Source: Candidatus Saccharimonadota bacterium
GTDB taxonomy: Bacteria; Patescibacteriota; Saccharimonadia; Saccharimonadales; Saccharimonadaceae
Direction of reading: 5' to 3'
Length of the DNA: 32,000 nucleotides
Assembly: GCA_001029695.1 (NCBI GenBank)
Contig: CP011211.1
Coordinates: 330,001 to 362,000, forward strand
Below the pieces are notes generated by a model. That model was given only the letters and a program-made list of their open reading frames with translations, did no database searches and had not been told where the DNA came from. Of the stretch, positions 1 through 6,009 are shown in pieces. Each line of letters opens with the position of its first letter. Within the stretch, counting starts at the first letter, position 1. The translations under genes and the position numbers were made by a program.

Positions 1-126
1 AAAATACTCACGCTCCTTTAGGTCACTCCAGTTAACGTTCGTGCCGCTAGAAAAAATTTTATCAATATTAATAAATAATGTCAACTGCCTGAGATTAATA
101 GCTATCATTCTGTTAAAATAAAACCA

Positions 127-663
127 ATGGACAAGTATACGGCATATGAAACCCTACTAAAGAAGACTGACACTATTAGAGATCAACAAGACACCCCGAT
201 AGACAAGGAAGTTAAGCCTATCATCGCGGCACTCTGGCTTCATGGATTTACAACGTCAGGCTCATGTGCAGGACATATAGACAGCGAGAGCCGCGGACCA
301 TACATTCACATAACCTCTTCCGATTTTGACGCTCAGTATAATACCTTCAACGAAGCTATTAACGCAGGTAGAATGGCCGAGGCGCGCCAACTTAAGCAGA
401 AAATATACGATTCCTCTCTTACTGTATACTCGCGCATTTTCAGCTTATTGAATAAATTCTATAAAAATACCAATTTCGATTACAACCACTTAATCATCGC
501 ATACGCACAGCTCAATGGGGAAATCTATCTCTACTTTAATGATGTACGCATAGCTGATACCTTTAATCACGAGCAGCGCAGGGCGTGGCTAGAAGAGTGT
601 CACTATGAACTTCAGCGCCTAACAGATTTTTTACTATCACAGCCTATTTACGTCCGCCAATAG
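127..663 (+). CDS. hypothetical protein, 178 aa, no family recognised
   Basis: Only long ORF in this interval, with an ATG start. It is convergent with 716..1126 across a 52-nt gap. A TATCAT hexamer at 103..108 lies 18 nt upstream of the ATG, and no Shine-Dalgarno is seen. It contains a GFTTSGSCAGH motif that I cannot assign. Confidence 0.5.
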   Translation: MDKYTAYETLLKKTDTIRDQQDTPIDKEVKPIIAALWLHGFTTSGSCAGHIDSESRGPYIHITSSDFDAQYNTFNEAINAGRMAEARQLKQKIYDSSLTVYSRIFSLLNKFYKNTNFDYNHLIIAYAQLNGEIYLYFNDVRIADTFNHEQRRAWLEECHYELQRLTDFLLSQPIYVRQ

Positions 664-715
664 CGTCCACACTCTGCTGTCACAATTACAGCCCATAGGG
701 CAAAGAGTAATCTCC

Positions 716-1126
716 CTACTTCCCTTCCTCGTGAAACCAAGGTGAGTACACTACAGACGTAATAATACCCTCGGGACTTAGAAAGCGAGTAACGACTTGG
801 CCCCATGGCTCTGTTTTATTTTTCACAAAGAGAACATAGCCTTGATCTAACAACACTTGCGTCGCATCTTCTACGCTCTCTACTTCATATTCTATCCAGG
901 ATGTAGGTACAGTGATGTCAGCTGGCCATTCATTACTATCGAAGCACGAACTTGCCGCTTGAGAGAGCGGCCATAATGCAAAATGCTTCACACCCTCTAT
1001 CGTTTCAGACTGATAATAACCAGACTCTTCCTTGAGCGGAAGATTTAAAGTGTCAATGTATAGCTTTCTGCTTGTTTGGATATCGTTCACTATAGGGCCG
1101 AAGCCAGCGATAAAGTGAACATTCAT
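716..1126 (-). CDS. VOC (glyoxalase/bleomycin-resistance-like) family protein, 136 aa
   Basis: The size and the N-terminal segment HFIAGFGPIVNDIQTSRKLYIDTLNLPLKEE resemble small VOC-fold proteins. A 17-nt gap to the upstream DHFR-family gene suggests co-transcription. The family call is from memory only. Confidence 0.5.
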   Translation of the reverse strand: MNVHFIAGFGPIVNDIQTSRKLYIDTLNLPLKEESGYYQSETIEGVKHFALWPLSQAASSCFDSNEWPADITVPTSWIEYEVESVEDATQVLLDQGYVLFVKNKTEPWGQVVTRFLSPEGIITSVVYSPWFHEEGK

Positions 1127-1143
1127 AATGTTAAATTATACAC

Positions 1144-1674
1144 CTACCTTGCTGGCATGTACGTAAGCTGGATCAGTCCTCTGTCAAACGTTTCACTTTT
1201 TACAAGCGTCAGCTGGTGTGACGGTTGGCCTTCTTGAAACAATCGAACACCCCCGCCAAGCGTCACAGGAATGATTGACAGTACAAGCTCATCAATAAGC
1301 CCTACATTTAAAAACTGCTGGATAACATTTCCACCGCCAGACACCCAAATATCTTTATCCGTTCGTTGCCTAGCCTTTTCGATAACAACCTCAAGTGGCG
1401 CCTTAATAAACTCAACATCCATATCTAACGGTGGCGCAGCTTCTGGGCGGCTCGACGAAAGAACATATGTCGGTAAATTATGACTATTGAGCCAGCCACG
1501 TTCCGCAAGAATATCATATGTACGTCGACCAAAAATTTCTACACCAAGAGTCGCAACAAATGCATCGAATCCATACTCTACGTCGTTGTACGGATCGAGC
1601 CACGAAAGGTCATCGTCAACCCCCGCAACGTAGCCGTCAAGTGATGTTGCAATGTAAGCGATGATCTTAGTCAT
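1144..1674 (-). CDS. dihydrofolate reductase family protein (RibD C-terminal domain type), 176 aa
   Basis: The N-terminus IAYIATSLDGYVAG..DDLSWL, FGRRTYD, and VSGGGNVIQQFLNVGLIDELVLSIIPVTLGGGVRLF are typical motifs of the RibD_C/DHFR-like family. TATAAT (1683..1688, minus strand) sits 8 nt upstream of the ATG. Confidence 0.7.
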   Translation of the reverse strand: MTKIIAYIATSLDGYVAGVDDDLSWLDPYNDVEYGFDAFVATLGVEIFGRRTYDILAERGWLNSHNLPTYVLSSSRPEAAPPLDMDVEFIKAPLEVVIEKARQRTDKDIWVSGGGNVIQQFLNVGLIDELVLSIIPVTLGGGVRLFQEGQPSHQLTLVKSETFDRGLIQLTYMPAR

Positions 1675-1740
1675 ATGTATGTATTATACATAGCCGAAGC
1701 CATAAATTTAAACCTTTCACCGTCGGAAGAGGATCGTTAT

Positions 1741-2430
1741 TTAGTAACCACCAAAGCTATCTATTCGTATGTTACGAATCTGTACACCCATATCAATAAG
1801 GAGATGTTCATTCGCCTCAACCATCGCGGGTGGACCTGATATATAAAAGTTTTGGCCGATATCATCAATGAGAGAGTGAATGAGTTTCTCTCTTTTCTTT
1901 CGATTGATGTCCTTTGTATTGATATAGATAATCGATAGATTCGGTAAGTACGTAGACCATACGTCCAGCTCACTACGAAACAAGAAGTTCTCATTCTGAT
2001 TGAGATAAATGAGAGAAACATCATTCGTATCATGATCGTCAGACATCTCCTTCAACATACTTCGAAACGGAGCAATGCCAACCCCGCCAGCAATAAGAAC
2101 ACTCGAACGGTTTCTATTGAGCTGGAAATCATAGTCGTTACCGTACTGAGAAATATATAGTTCATCGCCCGGCCGCACATCTTTCAGTGCTCGTTTAAGC
2201 TCACTCAAGCCCTCACGAAAAGTAATCTGAATATCAACTTCAGTCGGAGAAGAGGAAATTGAATACGTCTTACCACCTTTAAGCGGCCCCTCGCTAAGTT
2301 CAATATCTATCCAGTCACCCGCCTCAAAGATAAAACCGGGCGGTCGGTCGAACGCTACAGTCCAATAATCAAGTACCTCACGCTTGAGTGTTTTAACGAT
2401 TAATTTTATACGTTGGTCTTTTGTTACCAT
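1741..2430 (-). CDS. FNR-like FAD/NAD(P)-binding oxidoreductase, 229 aa
   Basis: GKTYSISS (RxYS-type FAD motif) and IAGGVGIAPFRSMLKE (GGxGxxP NAD(P) motif) match ferredoxin-NADP-reductase-type modules. The ORF track begins at a TTG (2472). I prefer the first ATG at 2430 (MVTKDQ), which has TATGAT 6 nt upstream. Confidence 0.65.
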   Translation of the reverse strand: MVTKDQRIKLIVKTLKREVLDYWTVAFDRPPGFIFEAGDWIDIELSEGPLKGGKTYSISSSPTEVDIQITFREGLSELKRALKDVRPGDELYISQYGNDYDFQLNRNRSSVLIAGGVGIAPFRSMLKEMSDDHDTNDVSLIYLNQNENFLFRSELDVWSTYLPNLSIIYINTKDINRKKREKLIHSLIDDIGQNFYISGPPAMVEANEHLLIDMGVQIRNIRIDSFGGY

Positions 2431-2610
2431 CTCATTATCATAACAAAAAGACGGCTTTATCTGCCGATACAAAGTATCTAAATTGGTGCAGCCGAACAGA
2501 ATTTGCTAAACTTTTCGATACATCACGGAGGGCTCCGCTTTATCCACTCCTAACACGTCAGAACGCAAGACGGACAGCGAGCTAATCATCTGTTAGTATA
2601 GACGTTATTA

Positions 2611-2638
2611 TTGCTTTTTATAATATTTATGCTATAGT
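2611..2638 (+). promoter_or_regulatory. sigma-70-type promoter candidate TTGCTT-16-TGcTATAGT
   Basis: -35 TTGCTT at 2611..2616, TG at 2630..2631, and -10 TATAGT at 2633..2638, in a very AT-rich spacer about 70 nt upstream of the 2709 ATG. Confidence 0.45.
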
Positions 2639-2708
2639 AATATTATCTTGACTTAGAATACATAATCAGTCGAGGTGGTACTATCCGACAACACAGAATG
2701 GGACCGAT

Positions 2709-3125
2709 ATGTCCAATGAGCACTGTCGCATCACGGAAGATGTTCCCCCGCTAGAGATGATCAAAATTCTCACAGGGGGAAACGTGGGCTCCGTTCAAGT
2801 TCTTGTGGAATGGCTGGATCGTGATCCGCTTGCATTCCTGGGTTTCTTGACCAGTCTGGATATCAAGCATCTCTACGACGAACACATCTGGTGCGTCTAC
2901 AATGACGTCTGCGGTGCAGACATCGATCGCTTCATCTACCATGTGTCGATGGAGCTTCCAGATCAGATTACTGGTAAACTTGGGACCAGCGGACCCTACC
3001 AGATTGCCGACATGAATGCTTTCTTCGCAGAACGGCGTTTCGGAGAGCCTGGTTCATACTGGGCACTCGAAAATCCACCGTCGGACCCGTACTACGTGTA
3101 CCCCATCGTACACCCGTCCCGCTAG
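2709..3125 (+). CDS. hypothetical protein, 138 aa, no family recognised
   Basis: Single long ORF with an ATG start, its own promoter candidate and a downstream hairpin. A hand count of its first 120 nt gives 62 G+C (52 percent), against 53/120 (44 percent) for the neighbouring FNR-like gene. No clear SD upstream. Confidence 0.5.
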   Translation: MSNEHCRITEDVPPLEMIKILTGGNVGSVQVLVEWLDRDPLAFLGFLTSLDIKHLYDEHIWCVYNDVCGADIDRFIYHVSMELPDQITGKLGTSGPYQIADMNAFFAERRFGEPGSYWALENPPSDPYYVYPIVHPSR

Positions 3126-3147
3126 CAAGTCACAACTAAATAGGTGT

Positions 3148-3176
3148 GCCTCGCATCCAGCGGGGCTTTCACTTTA
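3148..3176 (+). terminator. intrinsic terminator candidate after the 2709 ORF
   Basis: Stem GCCTCGC (3148..3154) / GCGGGGC (3160..3166), with one G.U pair, and loop ATCCA, followed by TTTCACTTTAT. It lies between convergent genes and may serve both. Confidence 0.5.
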
Positions 3177-3187
3177 TATAGATTGCT

Positions 3188-3748
3188 TTAAATTAGATTG
3201 AATGTGACCGCTTTATTACTAAAGAAACTAAAGCTCTGGTAGAGCAATTTAAGCCCCGTGTCGTCTTTAGGTACTTCGTAAGCAAGCTTGCCTGTTACTT
3301 TGCCGCCAGGAGCCAGCGAGCCGCTATTAAGCTTACCTTCTGAAAGAGCCGTAAAGGATTCGTTTTGTTGGACACCATTTGAATCTTGTAGTTTAAATTC
3401 AAAGGTGTTGAAGTCCATTGAACTCTTGCTATTGTTAGCTATTTCAACAGTAACGAGCACAAACTCCTTGCCTGATTCAGGCTGAGCGAATTGGTTACTC
3501 GTGCTGTAGTTACGCTGAACATCTTTAATTGTAATAGACTTATCGTCAAAGGTTGCCGTCTCACCGACTTTGAATTCAGTCTTACTGTCTGTCGTCTTAC
3601 TTTCCGATACAGTACCGCTACTTGCTGTGTTTGTCGGCGTGTCGCTTTTGTTGCCACCTGTAGCGCCACCGATACCGATAAGTACAACGATGATGAGCGC
3701 CCAGACCCAGAATTTTTTGTACCATGGTTTTGATTGTTTTGTGTTCAT
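3188..3748 (-). CDS. DUF4352 domain-containing, N-terminally membrane-anchored protein, 186 aa
   Basis: MNTKQSKPWYKKFWVWALIIVVLIGIGG is a TM anchor, followed by a Ser/Thr-rich linker and then a beta-rich domain (GKEFVLVTVEIANNSKSSMDF ... GGKVTGKLAYEVPKD) typical of DUF4352. AAGGAGG (3755..3761, minus) lies 6 nt upstream of the ATG at 3748. The track start at 3871 is a TTG that reads through a hairpin and is rejected. Confidence 0.7.
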   Translation of the reverse strand: MNTKQSKPWYKKFWVWALIIVVLIGIGGATGGNKSDTPTNTASSGTVSESKTTDSKTEFKVGETATFDDKSITIKDVQRNYSTSNQFAQPESGKEFVLVTVEIANNSKSSMDFNTFEFKLQDSNGVQQNESFTALSEGKLNSGSLAPGGKVTGKLAYEVPKDDTGLKLLYQSFSFFSNKAVTFNLI

Positions 3749-3787
3749 TGAGAGCCTCCTTGACTCGATTAGTATTTTTCGGTGCCA

Positions 3788-3858
3788 ATAAAAAAGGACA
3801 CCGTGAAGTGTCTTACGCTCGTAGCAGCAGGTTTTGCCCAACTGTTTACACGGTGCCC
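3788..3858 (-). terminator. terminator-like / attenuator stem-loop in the region upstream of the DUF4352 gene
   Basis: On minus-strand RNA, GGGCACCGUG (3858..3849) pairs with CACGGUGUCC (3805..3796). This gives 10 bp including one G.U, followed by UUUUUUAUU. The plus-strand version would carry an A.C mismatch. A nested hairpin GACAC-UUCACG-GUGUC uses the same 3' arm. Confidence 0.4.
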
Positions 3859-4007
3859 ATTTTAAGAGCAAAACCGTAACAGAAAAAACTGTGACGAAAA
3901 TCCACTGCTATTTTATTGAACGTAAGACTCTTATAGTATATCCGATTTTGTTAATAACAGAAGTATTTCAAAGTAGAACACGGAAAATGACTACAAAAAA
4001 CAAGTCT

Positions 4008-4044
4008 TGCTATAATTGACTTATACTATGTTTTATGCTAGTAT
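4008..4044 (+). promoter_or_regulatory. tandem promoter candidates: TGCTATAAT and TTGACT-17-TGcTAGTAT
   Basis: A perfect extended -10 TGCTATAAT lies at 4008..4016. It overlaps TTGACT (4016..4021), which sits 17 nt from TAGTAT (4039..4044) with TG at 4036..4037. The ATG at 4035 used by the ORF track lies inside this promoter. Confidence 0.55.
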
Positions 4045-4112
4045 ATACATATCAGTCTTCTGATAAGATTAGAGCTGCCTGTCAGCTCTCGCACATCAAT
4101 AGAGAGGTTCTC

Positions 4113-4622
4113 ATGAACAGTTCAATCGACGAGTTCTATCAAGGAGACATCGTGACTACCGGTGAACAGACGTTCTACGTCGTTTACTGGTCACCGAGGA
4201 TCCGTATGATGGATGTCAGCACCGAGCCCTACGACGGTGGCAGCAAAATCTACAACATCAACGTTGACCAGCTGCCGCACAGGGTCACCCTAGCCAAGCG
4301 CGGCAACATCTTTCGCCGGCATCACCAGATGGAGCTCATGCCATTTACCGACTACGCCGAAGAGGCACGGTACTGGCGCATGCTGGACATGCTCGAAGAA
4401 GTTTGCAATCCAGCAGACAACCTGTTCTACACCTGGACACTCGAGCAAGCTCTCGAGGGCCTCGAATCTGGCATCATCGATGCTTACCTCATGAGCACAG
4501 GCGGCCCTGGCATCACGCTAGATGTCGCCAACTACGGAGGCTTCAAGGTCAATGACCCAACTGCTGGCCATCAAATGCGCATGAAGTGCTTGACTGCACT
4601 TCATGAACTACGGACCGCATAA
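4113..4622 (+). CDS. hypothetical protein, 169 aa, no family recognised
   Basis: I start the ORF at ATG 4113 (MNSSIDEF), which is preceded by GAGAGG (4102..4107) at 5-nt spacing and lies downstream of the promoter at 4008..4044. It is followed by a very strong terminator. A hand count of the first 120 nt gives 60 G+C (50 percent), and the sequence looks richer further on. Confidence 0.55.
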   Translation: MNSSIDEFYQGDIVTTGEQTFYVVYWSPRIRMMDVSTEPYDGGSKIYNINVDQLPHRVTLAKRGNIFRRHHQMELMPFTDYAEEARYWRMLDMLEEVCNPADNLFYTWTLEQALEGLESGIIDAYLMSTGGPGITLDVANYGGFKVNDPTAGHQMRMKCLTALHELRTA

Positions 4623-4638
4623 GACAGCCTCTCTCCCG

Positions 4639-4697
4639 CCCCCTCCGAGGCACTATCCTAGATGGAAGTGCCTCGGAGGGGGTATTTTCATTTTTTG
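4639..4697 (+). terminator. rho-independent terminator
   Basis: A 15-bp perfect stem CCCCCTCCGAGGCAC (4639..4653) / GTGCCTCGGAGGGGG (4668..4682) with a 14-nt loop, followed by TATTTTCATTTTTT. Confidence 0.85.
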
Positions 4698-4892
4698 AAT
4701 AAATATTCTGTAAAAGTTATCTGCGAATCAATAGCGCGCACCCCAGTTCACTCGGCCTAAGTAGCAATTTCTTCAGCATCTCTCATGAGAACAGATTGAG
4801 GTGTAAACAACTACTTTTTCGACAGGTTTTATATGGGATATAAATAATAAAGTTTACACCCCTGGAATAAGCCCCCTTTACAGATTAGCGAC

Positions 4893-4917
4893 AAAGAAAA
4901 AAGACACCGAAGTGTCT
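4893..4917 (-). terminator. rho-independent terminator after tRNA-Gly
   Basis: Minus-strand RNA reads AGACAC-UUCG-GUGUCU (4917..4902) followed by UUUUUCUUUGU. Confidence 0.7.
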
Positions 4918-4930
4918 AATAATTCCCATT

Positions 4931-5007
4931 TGGTGCGGGTGAAGAGACTCTAACTCTCGACCTCTTCCTTGGCAAGGAAGCGCTCTAAACAACTGAGCTA
5001 CACCCGC
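4931..5007 (-). tRNA. tRNA-Gly (anticodon GCC), CCA encoded
   Basis: The reverse complement folds as GCGGGTG TA GCTC AGTTGTTTA GAGC G CTTCC TTGCCAA GGAAG AGGTC GAGAG TTAGAGT CTCTT CACCCGC A CCA, 77 nt. The D-loop has T where G19 is expected, and the T-loop has A where C56 is expected. Confidence 0.9.
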
Positions 5008-5018
5008 GTACTTGAATA

Positions 5019-5047
5019 AGTATAGACCAACAGTGGTGAAAATTCAA
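5019..5047 (-). promoter_or_regulatory. promoter candidate for tRNA-Gly, TTGAAT-17-TATACT
   Basis: -35 TTGAAT is the reverse complement of 5042..5047, and -10 TATACT is the reverse complement of 5019..5024, with an exact 17-nt spacer. The -10 ends 11 nt before the tRNA 5' end. Confidence 0.6.
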
Positions 5048-5080
5048 TATCATTTCAGGAAATAACATAAGCCAACGACC

Positions 5081-5114
5081 AAAGAAATACCCCCATCTTT
5101 CGATGAGGGTATTT
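5081..5114 (-). terminator. terminator hairpin after tRNA-Phe
   Basis: A 13-bp stem (5085..5097 / 5102..5114) with one G.U on the minus-strand RNA and a 4-nt loop, followed by CUUUGG. The U-tract is short. Confidence 0.55.
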
Positions 5115-5117
5115 CTT

Positions 5118-5193
5118 TGGTGGCTCCTCCCAGACTCGAACTGGGGACACAAGGCTCTTCAGGCCTCTGCTCTACCAACTGAGCTAAAGAGCC
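5118..5193 (-). tRNA. tRNA-Phe (anticodon GAA), CCA encoded
   Basis: The reverse complement folds as GGCTCTT TA GCTC AGTTGGTA GAGC A GAGGC CTGAAGA GCCTT GTGTC CCCAG TTCGAGT CTGGG AGGAGCC A CCA, 76 nt, with canonical D- and T-loops. Confidence 0.92.
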
Positions 5194-5217
5194 ACAGGTT
5201 GCCAGGCAACTCTGTAT

Positions 5218-5246
5218 ATTCTACTAGAGTTGCCTCGTTTCGGCAA
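5218..5246 (-). promoter_or_regulatory. promoter candidate for tRNA-Phe, TTGCCG-17-TAGAAT
   Basis: -35 is the reverse complement of 5241..5246 and -10 is the reverse complement of 5218..5223. It overlaps a 10-bp hairpin (5204..5213 / 5226..5235) just downstream of the SPFH stop codon. Confidence 0.35.
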
Positions 5247-5255
5247 TATGTTCGG

Positions 5256-6008
5256 CTATTTCTGTCCGCCGAGAACCGACTTCACGTTCTCGATGAGATC
5301 AGCCGGAAGTACGAAGAGTGTTTTCTGGCTTGGTTCAGTGCTGATCTTTTCGAGCGTCTGAAGGGTACGAATATTGATACCACCTGGAACCTTTGCAAGC
5401 ATCGCCGCTGCATCTGCAACAGCCTGAGCAGCCGCCTTTTCGCCTTCTGCTGTGATGATCACTGCACGGCGCTCACGTTCGGCTTCTGCCTGCTTCGCCA
5501 TAGCACGTTTCATATCTTGAGGCAGTTCAATGTTTTGAACTTTCACATTTTCTACATCAATACCCCATTGGTCAGTCTGAGCATCAACAATTTCTTTGAT
5601 CTGCTGAGAGATTTGCTCTCGCTTCGATAGGAGTTCATCCATATCTGCGTTACCCGCTACATCACGAAGTGCAGCCTGGGCAAATTGACTCGTTGCATAG
5701 ATGTAGTTGGTTGTCTCAAGTACTGCTTTTGGTGCGTCGATAACACGGAAGTATACTACCGCGTCGACACCAACGGTGACGTTATCTTTTGTAATAACCT
5801 CTTGCTTCGGCACATCAATCGGAGTGCTACGAATATCTACGCGGATAAGACGCTGAAAAATCGGTACAACAACACGTAGACCAGGTTCACGAATACCCGT
5901 GAACTTACCTAGTGTCAATATGACTCCTCGCTCATATTGGTTGATGATCTTTATGCCACTCAGCACAAAGATAACAACGACAATAACCAAAAATATTATA
6001 AATTCCAT
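5256..6008 (-). CDS. SPFH domain / band 7 (stomatin-like) family protein, 250 aa
   Basis: An N-terminal TM helix is followed by INQYERGVILTLGKF, VPKQEVITKDNVTVGVDAVVYFRV, and an A/E-rich coiled C-terminus (AMAKQAEAERERRA), the typical stomatin/HflK-like layout. GAGGAG lies 4 nt upstream of the ATG, inside the ddl 3' end. Confidence 0.85.
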   Translation of the reverse strand: MEFIIFLVIVVVIFVLSGIKIINQYERGVILTLGKFTGIREPGLRVVVPIFQRLIRVDIRSTPIDVPKQEVITKDNVTVGVDAVVYFRVIDAPKAVLETTNYIYATSQFAQAALRDVAGNADMDELLSKREQISQQIKEIVDAQTDQWGIDVENVKVQNIELPQDMKRAMAKQAEAERERRAVIITAEGEKAAAQAVADAAAMLAKVPGGINIRTLQTLEKISTEPSQKTLFVLPADLIENVKSVLGGQK

Positions 6009-6009
6009 A

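Noticed and set aside
1-18. Possible start of a minus-strand gene leaving the left edge (AAGGAG then GTG, reverse complement of 9..11)
   Set aside because: Only 11 nt of putative coding sequence are inside the window, so it cannot be evaluated.
1679-1691. ATGTAT(n)ATACAT palindromes at 1679..1691, 11238..11247 and 23190..23201, as a possible shared operator
   Set aside because: In two of the three cases the palindrome is simply what a TGTATAAT/TATAAA-type -10 element looks like when read on both strands. The spacing differs (1, 0 and 2 nt), so a common regulator is not supported. They are kept only as local notes.
2485-2500. TGGTGCAGCCGAAC, resembling the reverse complement of a tRNA 3' end (possible att-site remnant for the islet)
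   Set aside because: Only the generic TGGTGC matches the tRNA-Gly and tRNA-Leu 3' ends in this window. No T-arm can be folded, and there is no extended identity to tRNA-Gly or tRNA-Phe.
3749-3871. N-terminal extension of the DUF4352 ORF (track start 3871)
   Set aside because: The start codon is a TTG, and the extension reads through a U-tract and hairpin. The internal ATG at 3748 has a perfect AAGGAGG. Similar upstream extensions were trimmed at 2472 (TTG), 25116 (TTG), 27290 (TTG), 4035 (inside a promoter), 23189 (4 nt from the -10) and 29389 (inside ABC1).
3834-4019. 61-aa plus-strand ORF in the spacer between the DUF4352 gene and the 4113 ORF
   Set aside because: It lies upstream of the promoters at 4008..4044, has no SD, and has an AT-rich low-complexity translation. 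The region is better explained by RNA structures and promoters.
5103-5630. 175-aa plus-strand ORF from the track
   Set aside because: It starts inside tRNA-Phe and runs antisense to the well-supported SPFH gene. Its translation is low-complexity and Leu/Ser/Cys-rich, so it is a shadow ORF.
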